A stretch of 64,000 bases of DNA from Raja brachyura (taxonomy: Eukaryota). A program made the position numbers and the translations under genes. Position 1 is the stretch's first letter. The number at the start of each line of letters is the position of its first letter. The DNA is taken from NCBI GenBank assembly GCA_963514005.1, contig OY740791.1, positions 60,326,001 to 60,390,000 on the forward strand, read 5' to 3'. This document shows, in pieces, positions 11,976 to 24,140 of the stretch. Under the pieces are notes generated by a model. The model searched no databases and was not told the origin of the DNA. It saw only the letters and a list, made by a program, of their open reading frames with translations.

Positions 11976-12698
11976 AAGTACTGTAATGTAATCTAGGTTG
12001 AATGCTGTCGACTGCCAATGACCCAGACCCTTGTATGTCCAAGTATGGCCAATCCTATCTCCAGCCCAGCAACAGAAGAGGAAATTCCCTACCTTGAGTG
12101 TCCAGCCTATCTGTGACTGGGGCAATGATCTATAAATAACGACAGTCACATCAGTGCAGAAACAAAGTCTGAGCCAGTTTGCAGAAGCAGCTTCAGACTC
12201 AAGAACACTGAGCACCGGGATGGTTCAGCCTTGAGCAAGTGGGCCTGCCTATTACAATGTTCCGCAAGACTCCCCCCACCCACTCGTGAACCAGTCCCGT
12301 GAACATGTGTGTGTGTGTAGGCATTATGCATGGACAGGAATGTCTTCACTTCAATCACTGAGATGTGCTTGCACCTTTTGGCCGCTACAATTGCAGATAT
12401 TGCAATATTGCAGGGAAGATATTTTGATTAACAGCTGTCTGGGAAAGATATTTCACAAAAGCTTCAATATCAATATCATTCAATATCAGTTTTATTCGTC
12501 AATATCAGTTTTATTCACATAAAATGCAAGTGAAATTAATTTGCCAACAATGAAGAGAAACACACAAAAACACAATAAAAAAATTTAACACAAACTTCAT
12601 TTAACAATTCCTAGCTTCCACCCTTTGCCATTTCGGGAGCCTCTTGCTTGGCTTGGAAACGATTGCTTGATCTTTCAATGTTTTTGTCCTTCGCCCAG

Positions 12699-12866
12699 GT
12701 AACCATTTGTTTGTGAATTCCACCATGCCTGATCTTGTAGTGGGGCTGATCCTACTGGCTGGCTCGCTGGTTGTCCTGTGCACTTGCCTGGTTCTGATAG
12801 TCAAGCTACTTAATGCCATGCTGAGGGGGCAGGTCGCCAATGCCATCAAAAACGTCATTAACACTG
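12699..12866 (+). CDS. slc34a1: SLC34 coding exon (168 bp)
   Basis: gcccag|GT ... ACTG|gtgagt. Encodes (C)[55 protein letters not shown]. Phase 1-1. Confidence 0.95.
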
Positions 12867-13051
12867 GTGAGTCTCCATCCACAGCAAATGGCCTGAGACT
12901 TCAGGTGTAACAAAGGGAGTTTGTGGTTGACCACAGCGGGTCAAGCACTTGCAATTCTTTTGGATAAAAGTCTGGCGGGCTGGATTGAAACTAAGTTCAA
13001 GAAGGGAAGTGGGCAATCAGGCAGCTGATGTGAAGAAAGGAAAATAGAATT

Positions 13052-13360
13052 CATAGAACATAGAACATAGAACAGTACAGCACAGATCAGGCCCTTCGGC
13101 CCACAATGTTTGTGCCAAACATGATACCAAGTTAAACTGATCTCATCTGCCTGCCCATGATCCATATCTCTCTATTCCCGGCAGGTGTATATGCCTATCC
13201 AAAAGTCTCTTAAACACCACTATTGTATCTGTCACCACTACCACTCCAGGCAGTGCATTCCAGGCCTCCACCACTCTCTGTGTAAAAATAACTTGCCCTG
13301 CACATCGCCATTAAACTTTCCCCCTCTCACCTTATAGCTCTGCCCTCTAGTGTTGGGAAA
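13052..13360 (-). mobile_element. CR1 3' fragment
   Basis: (catagaa)n tail, caggcccttcggcccac, and caccactctctgtgtaaaa. Confidence 0.8.
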
Positions 13361-13851
13361 ACAAGTTTCACCCTGGGAAACAAAATTCAGAGTGTTGACC
13401 TTCCAGAATTAATCAATTTAACTCTGCCATCCTCCACCAACAGACACTAATGGACTTAAACATATCCCTGCACTTCAGCTTTTGGGTCAGATTTCCGGCA
13501 GAAAAAGCAAAGATCAGTGAGAACAGGTCCTACAGTAAATTGAGAATGTGATGCTGCCATGAGCACTTTAACAGAGCTTAAGGCTCGTCATCGGAACAGC
13601 AGCAAGCTTTACATCCAAAAAACAATAATGACATTATATTCAAAAAGCAATGTAGTTCTGCCCAGTCAGTTTATAATGTAGCAAACTGCTTCGATTACAA
13701 GGATGCTTCCAATGTTGCTAATAGACACCGTTAATTTTTGACTCGTTACTTTCTGAGTTTTTGACTGTTCGATAATTAAATTGTGACGACTCGGGAGACT
13801 GTTACGGTATCCCAGATGGAGAATTTATCACAGAATTTCCCCTGCTTTCAG

Positions 13852-13968
13852 ATTTCCCATACCCATTTGGCTGGCTGGCAGGCTACCTTGCCATGGTGGT
13901 GGGAGCTGGCATTACCTTTGTTGTACAAAGCAGCTCTGTGTTTACTTCAGCCATCACTCCGCTTATTG
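13852..13968 (+). CDS. slc34a1: SLC34 coding exon (117 bp) with second QSSS motif
   Basis: ctttcag|AT ... ATTG|gtaagt. Encodes (D)[38 protein letters not shown]. Confidence 0.96.
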
Positions 13969-14348
13969 GTAAGTTTGCATGCAATCAGTACTAGTTGCTT
14001 TCTGGTAGTCATGTCATGGATGCTAGTTAGAAACATGAAATGCTTTCAAATGGACGAAGATACTCCCACGTACTGCCTGTTCTGGCTCCATACAGATGTT
14101 ATCTGATTATTCACATCAACAAAACCGGGCAATGTTTTCCAATTGACGTATTTCTCCCATTCTCCTTTGAAAGTTTACCAATCACCTTTTCAGGTTGAGC
14201 CTTCCAATTGAAAGATCATTAACATGAAATGGTAACTCTGCTTCTCACTCTAGGGGCGCTGCCTGACCTGCTGGGTATCTCCAGAATGTTCTGCTTTTAT
14301 TTTGTACTAATGCCCTTCAGAGCTTTCCATGCATTCTTTAGCCAGTCA

Positions 14349-14565
14349 NNNNNNNNNNNNNNNNNNNNNNNNNNNNNNNNNNNNNNNNNNNNNNNNNNNN
14401 NNNNNNNNNNNNNNNNNNNNNNNNNNNNNNNNNNNNNNNNNNNNNNNNNNNNNNNNNNNNNNNNNNNNNNNNNNNNNNNNNNNNNNNNNNNNNNNNNNNN
14501 NNNNNNNNNNNNNNNNNNNNNNNNNNNNNNNNNNNNNNNNNNNNNNNNNNNNNNNNNNNNNNNNN
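14349..14565. other. assembly gap
   Basis: Run of N. Confidence 0.99.
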
Positions 14566-15064
14566 TTTCCTGTTTATCTTTTTCTCTCTGTATTTCTCTT
14601 TCTTGTTTTCAATTGTTCTGCCAGTTTTTTCTCTCTTTCGCTTTCTCGTTTTTTTCTCCCTCCCATTTTCTCCTCTATCTTCCTAATGGTCTCTCTTACT
14701 TGCCTTTTCTTTCGCTCTCCAATTTACTTTCTCCTTCTTTTCTATCTTTATTACTTTTTCTTTCCTTCCTTAATCTCCAGCTTTCTTCCTTCCTCCCGAA
14801 TATGTCCACCTTGGAATCCATGTCACACCTGTTTGGGAATACTAACGGCATATCCATCTCTATCTTGGCACTGCCAAACTTTCTACCATTATGTTGTGGA
14901 TTCCTTACTTTAGATTGTGAATGCTGTCCTCCAAATCTGAGGTTTAAACTCATGCATACATTTACACGGCCTCTCCTTCTCAATGTTCAACAACAAAATA
15001 CTTTTTCTCCCATTCTGATTATTCTCTCATAATCCAAACCTCTGCTTTTACATGTACATCTTCA

Positions 15065-16016
15065 AGGGCCTGTCCCACTGTACGAGGTAATTCAAGAGTT
15101 CTCACGAGTTTTCCCCGATTCAAACTCGTAGCGGGTCCATAATAGTTTGTGGATGTCTCGTAGCGGCTCATACGAGTAACGGTCGGTAATCGGGAAATCC
15201 GGTAAAATCGTGACTGTTTTTCAACACTGTGAAAAATGTCCATAAGTAAAAAAATACTTGTGATGAAAAAAATGGTTAGTTTTTGAGTATAGGAGCAGGG
15301 AGGTTCTACTTCAGTGGTGTAGGGTCTTGGTGAGGCCACACCTGGAGTATTGCATACAGTTCTGGTCTCCAAATCTGAGGAAGGACATTATTGCCATAGA
15401 TGGAGTGCAGAGAAGGTTCACCAGACTGATTCCTGGGATGTCAGGACTGTCTTATGAGGATAGACTGGATAGACTCGGTTTATACTCTCTAGAATTTAGG
15501 AGATTGAAAGGGGATCTTATAGAAACTTACAAAATTCTTAAGGGGTTGGACAAGATTGTTCCCGATGTTGGGGAGGTCCAGGACAATGGGTCACAGCTTA
15601 AGGATAAGGGGGAAATCCTTTAGGACCGAGATGAGAAGGACTTTTTTCACACAGAGAGTGGTGGGTCTCTGGAACTCTCTGCCACAGAGGGTAGTTGAGG
15701 CCAGTTCATTGGCTATATTTAAGAGGGAGTTAGATGTGGCCCTTGTGGCTAAGGGGATCAGAGGGTATGGAGAGAAGGCAGGTACGGGATACTGAGTTGG
15801 ATGATCAGCCATGATCATATTGAATGGCCGTGCAGGCTCAAAGGGCCGAATGGCCTACTCCTGCACCTAATTGCTATGTTTCTATGTTTTTACTTGTACG
15901 AGCCGCTACGAGACATCCACAAACTCCTACGGACCCGCTACGGACATTCGCCGAGTTCCAATCAGGGGAAAACTCAGAAGAACTCTTGAATTATCTCGCA
16001 CAGTGGGACAGACCCT
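15065..16016. mobile_element. Harbinger-like MITE with nested CR1
   Basis: TIRs agggcctgtcccact / agtgggacagaccct with TCA duplicated on both sides. Confidence 0.8.
15283..15890 (+). mobile_element. young CR1 3' fragment nested in MITE
   Basis: ORFs 15327-15623 and 15556-15795. Near-identical to 49490-50110. Confidence 0.92.
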
Positions 16017-16334
16017 TCATGCTAACTTCACATTCTCTCTTTCATCTGAATTACAGCTCCCAGAATGTATAACATTTGCTGAGGGGAAAAATTCTTGGCA
16101 AGATGACTAAGAATCAAAGTAGTTAATTTAACAACTGCAGTAAATGGTTTAGGGAGAATTAGGACTGTGTTGGTTGTTCAGCCATCTTCACTGGATCATT
16201 GTTTGCTAATCTGATGCCTAAGGAGTTCAGAATTGGTTTCCCAAAAGACCGCCATCATGTGGTCAGCAGGAAATGACGAATAAAATGATAATGTACGCAT
16301 TCATTTAAGGCTAATGAACTGTAACAAATAGTGT

Positions 16335-16555
16335 TTAAGAAAGAACTGCAGACATTGGAAAAATCAAAGGTTGACAAAAATGCTGGAGAAACTCTGCGGG
16401 TGAGGCAGTATCTATGGAGCGAAGGAATAGGTGACGTTTCGGGTCGAGACCCTTCTTGAGACACACACAGGGCCTCGACCTGAAACATCACCTATTCCTT
16501 CGCTCCATAGATACTGCCTCACCTGCTGAGTTTCTCCAGCATTTTTGTCTGCCTT
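16335..16555. mobile_element. palindromic PLE-derived insertion with TSD
   Basis: taacaaatag(t/c)gt at 16322-16334 and 16556-16568. Inverted arms surround an (ac)n spacer. Confidence 0.75.
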
Positions 16556-16654
16556 TAACAAATAGCGTATCATTCTATTGGGTTGGCATTTCAAGATTGA
16601 TTATTTTTCTTGAAAGGTTTAGCCCAATTTAAATCTTCTTCCATTAAAACTGCA

Positions 16655-17105
16655 GGTGATCTTATCGTGATGTATAAAATCATAGGGGCACAGCTAGAAA
16701 TAAAACACATAGCATGTTTTCCCCTATGGTTGGGGAATCAAGATCAGAGCGTTGGTTGAAAATGAGAGAGGAAAACTTTAAAAGGAAACCGANNNNNNNN
16801 NNNNNNNNNNNNNNNNNNNNNNNNNNNNNNNNNNNNNNNNNNNNNNNNNNNNNNNNNNNNNNNNNNNNNNNNNNNNNNNNNNNNNNNNNNNNNNNNNNNN
16901 NNNNNNNNNNNNNNNNNNNNNNNNNNNNNNNNNNGGATGAACCTTGTACAGAGACAACATTTAAAAGACATTTGGACAGGTATATGAATAGCAAAGGTTT
17001 AGAGGGATATGGCTCAAACAAGAGCAAATGGGACCAGCTACAGTGGGTATTTTGGTCGACATGGGCCAATGGGCCTGTTCTCATGCTGCCTGGCTCTTTG
17101 GCCCC
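16655..17105 (+). mobile_element. old CR1 3' fragment spanning an assembly gap (16793-16934)
   Basis: GDLI..YKI...FP, then TFKRHLDRYMN..GLEGYG after the gap. Confidence 0.75.
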
Positions 17106-17161
17106 ATGACAAAACAATGTTGGATTCATGTACATTTTCTGTTTAAAGTTAGTACACAATG

Positions 17162-18352
17162 TCACATTTAAACCTTCAATGATGGATAAAGGTTTTTCAC
17201 AATGGAAAAACTATGGAATTAATAGGACGGGTGATCTTTACAGGGAAAACTCTTTTCTTTCATTTCAAGAACTACAACAAATTTATGGATTACATTCAAA
17301 AGATTATTTTAGATATTTACAAATCAGAGACTATGTAAAATCAAACACACAGGAGATTAGAAATAGAAAGGCAGAAATTTTAGATGAATGTCTCAATAAA
17401 CATCCAAATACAGAAAAATTGATATCATATATTTATAATATTTTATTAGAAAATGATGTACCAATGACAGAAACATATAGGCAATCATGGGAAAACGAAT
17501 TAGGTCAAACAATTAGACCAGAAATATGGGATGAAAGTTTACAACATATACACCACTGTTCGTTAAATGCTAGACACATCTTGATACAATTTAAAGTACT
17601 ACATAGATTACATTATTCCAAATCAAAATTACATAGAATTTTTTTCAAATATACCAGCCATATGTGATAAATGTCAATATTTAGAAGCTAATCTAACGCA
17701 CTCATTCACAAACTGTATCAAAATTATGACCTTTTGGGCAGAAATTTTTAAGATAATCTCGAATGTTGTTAATACAAATTTGCTACCTGACTCAAAATTA
17801 ATAATATTAGGAACATTAGAAACAGATCAATTAATAACAATAAATCAAAGAATTTTTATTGATTACAGTTTAATAATTGGGAAAAAACTTATATTGAAAT
17901 TTTGGAAGGGTCCTACATCCCCCACAATTAAAATGTGGATCACTGAAATGTCGGAGACACTTAATCTTGAAAGATTAAGACTTGTCCTTCTGGGCAAGTT
18001 GGATCAATTCAGAGGGATATGGTCTCCATTTATTGAATATTTAAAGGGTCAAAATGGTTCGGTGCGTGAACCTGACTGATGCCTGAACGAAGAAATAGAT
18101 GAAGATTTACATATAATAACCCATGATATATCTCCAATGATGTACAAACTGCTTAATACTTCATTCATCTTTCTGAATCTCTATCTTTACTTTATTTTTC
18201 TCATATTTTCTATCTATTTAAAAAATGAAAAATTCATAGAAGTACAAATTAGAAATACTGTTAATATTAATAACATTAAGAATGTATACGACATGTATAT
18301 TTTTATTTTGATATGTACTTACTTCTAATAAAAATATTTAACAAAAAAAAAA
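17162..18352 (+). mobile_element. 5'-truncated L1 (ORF2 C-terminus, 3' UTR, poly-A) with 18-bp TSD
   Basis: TSD taaagttagtacacaatg at 17144-17161 and 18353-18370. IQFKVLHRLHYS, a C-x2-C remnant and a WSPF motif are present, followed by AATAAA and an A tail. Confidence 0.92.
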
Positions 18353-18574
18353 TAAAGTTAGTACACAATGCTGTGAAATATTCTACACTCCCCCATCACT
18401 GGGGACAGTGGTTGGGAAGAACTCTGTCCAAAGACAAATAAGCATTTATGAACCTGTTAAGGTGATAATGATTACATGAACTATTTGATCATTATCATTT
18501 CAATACTGTCTCATTGTCGTTAAGTACATAATATTGAGGTGGTGTCCACCTGTGCTGCTCTTTCTACTTTCCAG

Positions 18575-18699
18575 GTATTGGGGTGATCAATATTGAACGT
18601 GCCTACCCATTAACCTTGGGATCCAATATTGGCACCACCACCACGGCAGTTCTGGCAGCTCTGGCCAGTCCAGGTGACATGTTACCAAGTGCTTTCCAG
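18575..18699 (+). CDS. slc34a1: SLC34 coding exon (125 bp)
   Basis: tttccag|GT ... CAG|gtaaat. Encodes (G)[41 protein letters not shown], containing the GSNIGT signature. Confidence 0.96.
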
Positions 18700-19384
18700 G
18701 TAAATATACAGCTTTTCCAGCATTGTTTTGAAACCCAGTCTTCAGTGACGAATGCAAATGTTGCATTTCATACAGAAGCATATGGTTCATTCATTCTTCC
18801 GCCCCTCTTCCCTTCATACCCTGGGTCTGCTTACCTGGGCAGAGCCTGGTTGCACACATTCTCAAATTGCATTCATTCTCAAATCTCATTCAATGGGCAG
18901 CTTTCAGTTGCGATCTTGATTTACCACGAGTGTGGGGTTCGGCGAGAGGAACTGTTGCAATTGTCACACCTTGTCCAATGTATTAGTCAACAGAGGTGAT
19001 GGGAAGCAGAGCTCACAGCATATTCTTATCCTCCTCGACCCTGACTTATGTGGATTATTGCGAATCACTTTTGTTTTAAATAGGCTGAGGATTATGAAAA
19101 CATCACAATGGAATGTGTGTGAAATTACAAGTGTTCATTAATTTTGCTCACAATTTCTTAGACCTTTAAAATGATAAATTATAAAGGCCCAGCAAAATAA
19201 AACATTACAGGTTGAATGATTAAAGCAAACCAGTCTACACAGTGAAAAAACACAGTGAGGCTGCTTCATAGCTCTAGTGACCCGAGTTCAATCCTGATGT
19301 CTGGTGCTGTCTGAGAGATTTATAGACTCTCCCTGTAACCATGTGAGTTTCCCTCAGATCGTCTGTTTTCCTCCCATGTACAGA

Positions 19385-20530
19385 TGCATCAGATAAAGCA
19401 TTTTATCAGGATGCATCACAGCTTGGTTTGGGAACTGCTCCATTTAGGACCACAAGAAATTACACAGAGTTGTGGATGCAGCCCGGACCATCACACAAAC
19501 CAACCTTCCTTCTATTGACAACATGCACACCACCAGATTCTGGAACAGTTTCTTTCCAGCTGTTATCAGGCAACTGACTCATCCTACCATAGCCAGAGAG
19601 CAGCGTAGAACTACTATCTACCTCCTTGTCAAAGTCAAGTCAAAAGTCAAACAAACTTTATTGTCATTTAGAAATACATCGATATATGCAATTCCAAACG
19701 AAATTCTGTTGCATTTGGCTCCCTGTGCAACACGATAATTAACAGAAGGATAAAATGGGAAAAAATGGATAAAAGGATAAATAGACAATGGTTTCAGCCC
19801 ATTACATCGCATTCAGGAGTCTGATGGCTCGTGGGAAGAAGCTGTTGCAGAACCCTGATGTTCTGCTCCTTATGCTACGATATCTTTTGCCCGAGGGCAG
19901 CAGAGTGAACAGTCCGTGATGGAGATGTGTGGGGTCTTTTATAATACTGCTGGCCTTAGACACGCAACGTTTGATCGCAATATCCCCGATTGAGGGGAGA
20001 GAGGTCCCGATGATCTTTTCTGCTGTCCTCACCACTCTCTGCACGGACTTCCAGTCAGAGGCTTTACAGTCCCCAAACCAGACAGAGATACAGCTGGTCA
20101 AAATACTCTCTATGGTGCCCCTGTAGAAAGTGGTGAGGATGGGATGGGGGAGGTGAGCTCTTCTCATCCGGCGCAGAAAGTGCAACCGCTGCTGCGCTCT
20201 CTTAACTGTTGATGAGATATTATTTGACCAGGTCAGACTGTTAGTGATCTGCACCCCCAGGAACTTAGTGCTACTGACCACCTCCACATCGCTGTCATTG
20301 ATGTGAAGTGGTGTGGGACTGTGCCGGTTTTTCCTGAAGTCGCCGATGACCCTCGGACTATCCTTGATTGGACTTTGCTGGCTTTACCTTGCACTAAACG
20401 TTATTCCCTTTCATTTACACTGTAAACGGCTTTATTGTAATCATGTATTGTCTTTCCGCTGGCTGGTTAACACACAACAAAAGCCTTTCACAGTACCTCA
20501 GTACACGTGACAATAAACTAAACTGAACTG
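19385..20530 (+). mobile_element. Rex1/Babar-like LINE 3' fragment (host) split by a second LINE
   Basis: 19385-19628 encodes GCITAWFG...RVVDAARTIT...NSFFPAVIRQL. Its 3' UTR resumes at ~20343 and ends gacaataaactaaactgaactga. Confidence 0.7.
19629..20342 (-). mobile_element. Rex1/Babar-like LINE 3' fragment
   Basis: ORF 19802-20287(-) contains KFLGVQI...KRAQQRLHFLR...IESILTSCISVWFG...LLPSGKRYRS...NSFFPRAIRLLN, followed by gacaataaa and a microsatellite tail. Confidence 0.85.
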
Positions 20531-20639
20531 ATATTCCAAAAATGGGATTGTAGGTTAGTTGGCCACTATAATTGGCAATTATTGGCAACAGGAAATTGGC
20601 AACCAGAATCAAAGGGTAATTGAAGGATACTATAGAGAG

Positions 20640-21490
20640 AATAATTTCTCATGGATCGGTGCTAGGACTTCTGTTGTTTGTGATACATATAAATGACTTG
20701 AATGAAAATGTAAATACTTTGGTTAGTGAGTTTGCAGATCACTCAAACATTAATAGCATTGTGGACAGCGAAGAAGGCTTTCAAAGGATACAGCAGGATA
20801 GAGATCAGTTATGGATACGAGCAGAGAAATACCAGTTGGAGTTTAATCTGGGCTAGTGTGAGGTGTTTCATCTCAGGAAATCAAATGTAAGGGAAATGAA
20901 ACAATTAATGGCAGGACGTTTAATAACACTGATATATAGATGGATATTAGGGTCCATGATCATAGCACCCTGGAAGTTGACAACACAAGTAAATAAAGTG
21001 GTAAAGAAAACATATACATTATGTTTCCCTTCATTGGTTAGACATTGGTTAGACATATAGTATATGTTCCAGCTTTATGGAACTTTGGTTAGGCTGCATT
21101 TGGAATATTATGTGCATTTCTCGTTACCACGTTACAGGGGGGAAGGTTTGGAGAAGGTGCATATGAGGTTTACTAGGATACTGCCAGGATATGAGGATGT
21201 AAATTTTAAAGTGAAGTTGGACAAATATGGATTGTTTTCTCCACAGCAGTGGAGGCTGAGGGGAGACAAAATAGAAGTGTATAAAATGATGAGGGGCATA
21301 GATAGGCTAGACAGTCAGAACCATTTTTCCAGGGTGGAAATGTTAAGCATTAGTGGGCATAACATTGAGGTGGGAGAGGGGAATTTAAAGCCGATTGTGG
21401 GGAAATTTTCATTGAATAAGGTAAAGAGAGGGGGAACGGGACTAATCCGAGACTTCATAGACTGATGGGTCAAATAGCCACCTCCTGTCT
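20640..21490 (+). mobile_element. old CR1 RT fragment
   Basis: Frameshifted GSVLGLLLFVIHINDL...FAD...LVRLHLEYYVHF...LRGDKIEVYK. Confidence 0.85.
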
Positions 21491-21969
21491 TGCGTAAGTA
21501 ACTCGATTTAAAATTTCATCAAATTTGAAGAAATAATTATAAATGCTGAAATAAACCCGAATTAACAAAAATATAAAACACCACCTTGCTTTTTCTCCTC
21601 ATAACCTCCAGGCATTGATTCCTCATGTAATTTTGTCATATTCGCTTACAACTTAAAAGAGGCCATTTGGCCCATCGAGTCAATGCTGGCTCTCAACGCT
21701 AGCCCGTCAATCCCATTCCTCATATTTTACCCTATAACCCATTCTCTCTCAAATACCCATTGACGACACCCTAGTATACTAACCACCTGCTCACAATAGG
21801 GATCATTTTTACACCAGCCAATTACCATTCTTACTTGTCTTACCATACCCCAGTTTTTTTCTTCATGACGGATAGAATAATTGACAGTACTGACTTTAAC
21901 TGAATTCATTGTGGCTTTGCCTAAGTAATAGTGAAGACCGATTATTATTTGTTTTATTTTGCTTTGCAG

Positions 21970-22542
21970 ATTGCGCTGTCCCATTTCTTTTTCAATATCG
22001 CTGGGATAATACTTTGGTACCCCATTCCGATCACCCGCTTCCCTATCCGCATGGCAAAAACCTTGGGTGAACGGACTGCCAAGTACCGCTGGTTTGCTGT
22101 TTTATATCTGATCATCTGCTTCCTTCTCCTCCCCTCGCTCATCTTCGGCCTCTCCATGGCGGGTTGGCAGGTTCTGATTGGAGTGGGCGCCCCATTTGTT
22201 GGCATACTCATCTTCATTGGCATCACCAACGTCTTGCAGACACGTAGTCCCAAATACCTGCCAAAGAAACTCCACTCGTGGGATTTCCTCCCCATCTGGA
22301 TGCACTCTTTGAAGCCTATGGACCGCATCATCACCAATGCTGCCGTCTGCTGTACGGACCACTGCATTTGTGCCGACAAGAGTGATATGCGAGAGGGCAC
22401 CAGCCAAACTGAGTTATCTTCACAGATGAAGGTGAAGGCAGCTTGTGACAACCCAGCCATCGCCTACCTGGAGGAAATTTCAGTTGGAGCCTCATCGCCC
22501 AAACTAAATAGATTGCCTATGCAAGATATCACACAGCTGTAA
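21970..22542 (+). CDS. slc34a1: SLC34 terminal coding exon (190 aa + stop)
   Basis: ctttgcag|ATT. Encodes [18 protein letters not shown]...TAKYRWFAV...[25 protein letters not shown]. The tail resembles mammalian NaPi-IIa (FLEE...SPRL...TRL) more than IIb. Confidence 0.95.
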   Translation: MALSHFFFNIAGIILWYPIPITRFPIRMAKTLGERTAKYRWFAVLYLIICFLLLPSLIFGLSMAGWQVLIGVGAPFVGILIFIGITNVLQTRSPKYLPKKLHSWDFLPIWMHSLKPMDRIITNAAVCCTDHCICADKSDMREGTSQTELSSQMKVKAACDNPAIAYLEEISVGASSPKLNRLPMQDITQL

Positions 22543-22634
22543 CACTGCACTGAATTTCCCATGTTCCTTTGACATTTCCATGTCTTGCAGAGCCCTTCCT
22601 TCCTTCTTGACTTTTTTCCTCCTTTCCTTCCTTC

Positions 22635-23005
22635 TTGAAGATCGACACAAAATGCCGGAGTAACTCAGTGGGGCAGGCAGCATCTCTGGATGGAAGGCAT
22701 GGGCGAATATTCGGGTCGAGATCCTTCTTCAGATTGAGAGTCGGGGGAAAGGGAGACACAGAGGTAAGGAAGGGTAATGTGTGAAAACGAGACATCCTTG
22801 ACCTTCCGTGATCTACATCTCTTTTGATGTCTCCTTTTCGCACATTACCCTTCCTAATCTTTGTGTCTCCCCCTCCCCCGACTCACAGTCTGAAGAAGGA
22901 CCTCGACCCAAAAAGTCACCCATTCCTTCTTTCCAGAGATGCTGCATGTCCCGCTGAGTTACTGCAGCATTTTGTTTCCATCTAGCATCTGCAGTTGGTT
23001 CCTAC
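22635..23005. mobile_element. palindromic PLE-derived element in the presumptive slc34a1 3' UTR
   Basis: Imperfect inverted arms at ~22647-22796 and ~22826-22975, with degenerate hammerhead cores. Confidence 0.75.
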
Positions 23006-23373
23006 ACCTTATTTCCTTCCACCCTTCCATCCTTCCTTTGCTCCTCCTTCTCCCTTTCAACATCCATTCCTCATTTCTCCACCTCTTTGCTTACCATGTC
23101 CTGCTCTGGACAATGCTACTATGACCATAATCTTGAGATTCTATTTGCTCTTGATATGCACGGATGAATGTACCTGGACAAGACTGCCAGGCCCAGTGGA
23201 AATTTGCTTACTGCAATCCATCTACAATTTATCACACTCAATGTGAATAGCTTTCTCCTGAAATAAGAGGTAGCGATCCATTGTAAGATCCAGTGAAATT
23301 GCCAGCTAGCTCATGGGTTAATGTTTCCACCCAGTCTAAAAGACTTCCCTATTACCAATATTTTGTTTCAATT

Positions 23374-23397
23374 AATAAATTCAAAGCAATTAATAAA
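23374..23397 (+). promoter_or_regulatory. candidate polyadenylation signals for slc34a1
   Basis: Two AATAAA hexamers (23374-23379 and 23392-23397), about 0.85 kb after the stop codon. Actual use is unknown. Confidence 0.3.
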
Positions 23398-23544
23398 CCA
23401 ACATAATATATTTAAATTCCCCCAATAGCTTTTGGGTAGGGCTAGTATCTACAGTTCGTAAGAGATTACTGAATGATCTTAGTAACCAACTATTATAGCA
23501 GCTGCTATTTTTTTGTAAGTACACCAAAAAGACCCCACAAATGT

Positions 23545-24140
23545 TCATGTGCACCTCCTCTCACCTCATCTACTGCATCTGGTGTTCCAGATGTGACCTC
23601 TTCTACATTGTTTTGTCTTACACTTATGCTTGGTCCGCCGGAACGTTTAGCTCCTAACCATTATAAGTCCTCTTCCCATTCCCTTACTGACTTTTCTGTC
23701 CTGGACCTCTTCTATTGCCAGAGTGAGGCCATGTGAAAACTGGAGGAACATCTCCTCATATTTTGTTTGAGTAGCTTACAACCCAAGCCAATGAATGCTC
23801 CAATTTTAGACAACTACATAACCCCCCCCCTCTCCCTTCTTCCCCCTCCCTGCCTTTCTTTGGCCCCACTCTTTCCCTTGTGCCCCACCTAAACTCGCAC
23901 TTGTTTCCATCCCCCACGCTTCCAGCTTCAAAATCCCTGCAACTCTTGAATCCTTTTTTATCATACCACTGGTATTTTCATCTCTGGCCCTTGCCCAACC
24001 ATCCCCTGCCCCTCCTCTCATCCAGCTTTCTTCTTTCCCTCCACAGTCAGTCTAAAGAAGGGTCCCAAACCAAAACCTGTCCATGTTCTCCGGATATGCT
24101 GCCTGACCTGTTTAGTTCCTCCAACACTTTGTGTCACACT
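23545..24140 (+). mobile_element. degenerate Penelope-like element (GIY-YIG remnant plus terminal repeat)
   Basis: aaactggaggaacatctcctcatattttgtttgagtagcttacaaccc (KLEE.HLIF.L.SL.P), homologous to 37587-38240, then cagtctaaagaagggtccc. Confidence 0.7.

Noticed and set aside
12693-12704. AG|GT acceptors (12699, 9400, 18575) as recursive splice sites
   Set aside because: GT here is dictated by coding sequence and the introns are short. There is no supporting evidence.
13340-13353. CTCF-like ACTAGAGGGCA (- strand)
   Set aside because: It is the CR1 TRG codon run inside a LINE fragment.
14229-15032. Long ORFs containing X runs (also 16680-17165 and 39420-40017)
   Set aside because: Read-through of N gaps and low-complexity DNA.
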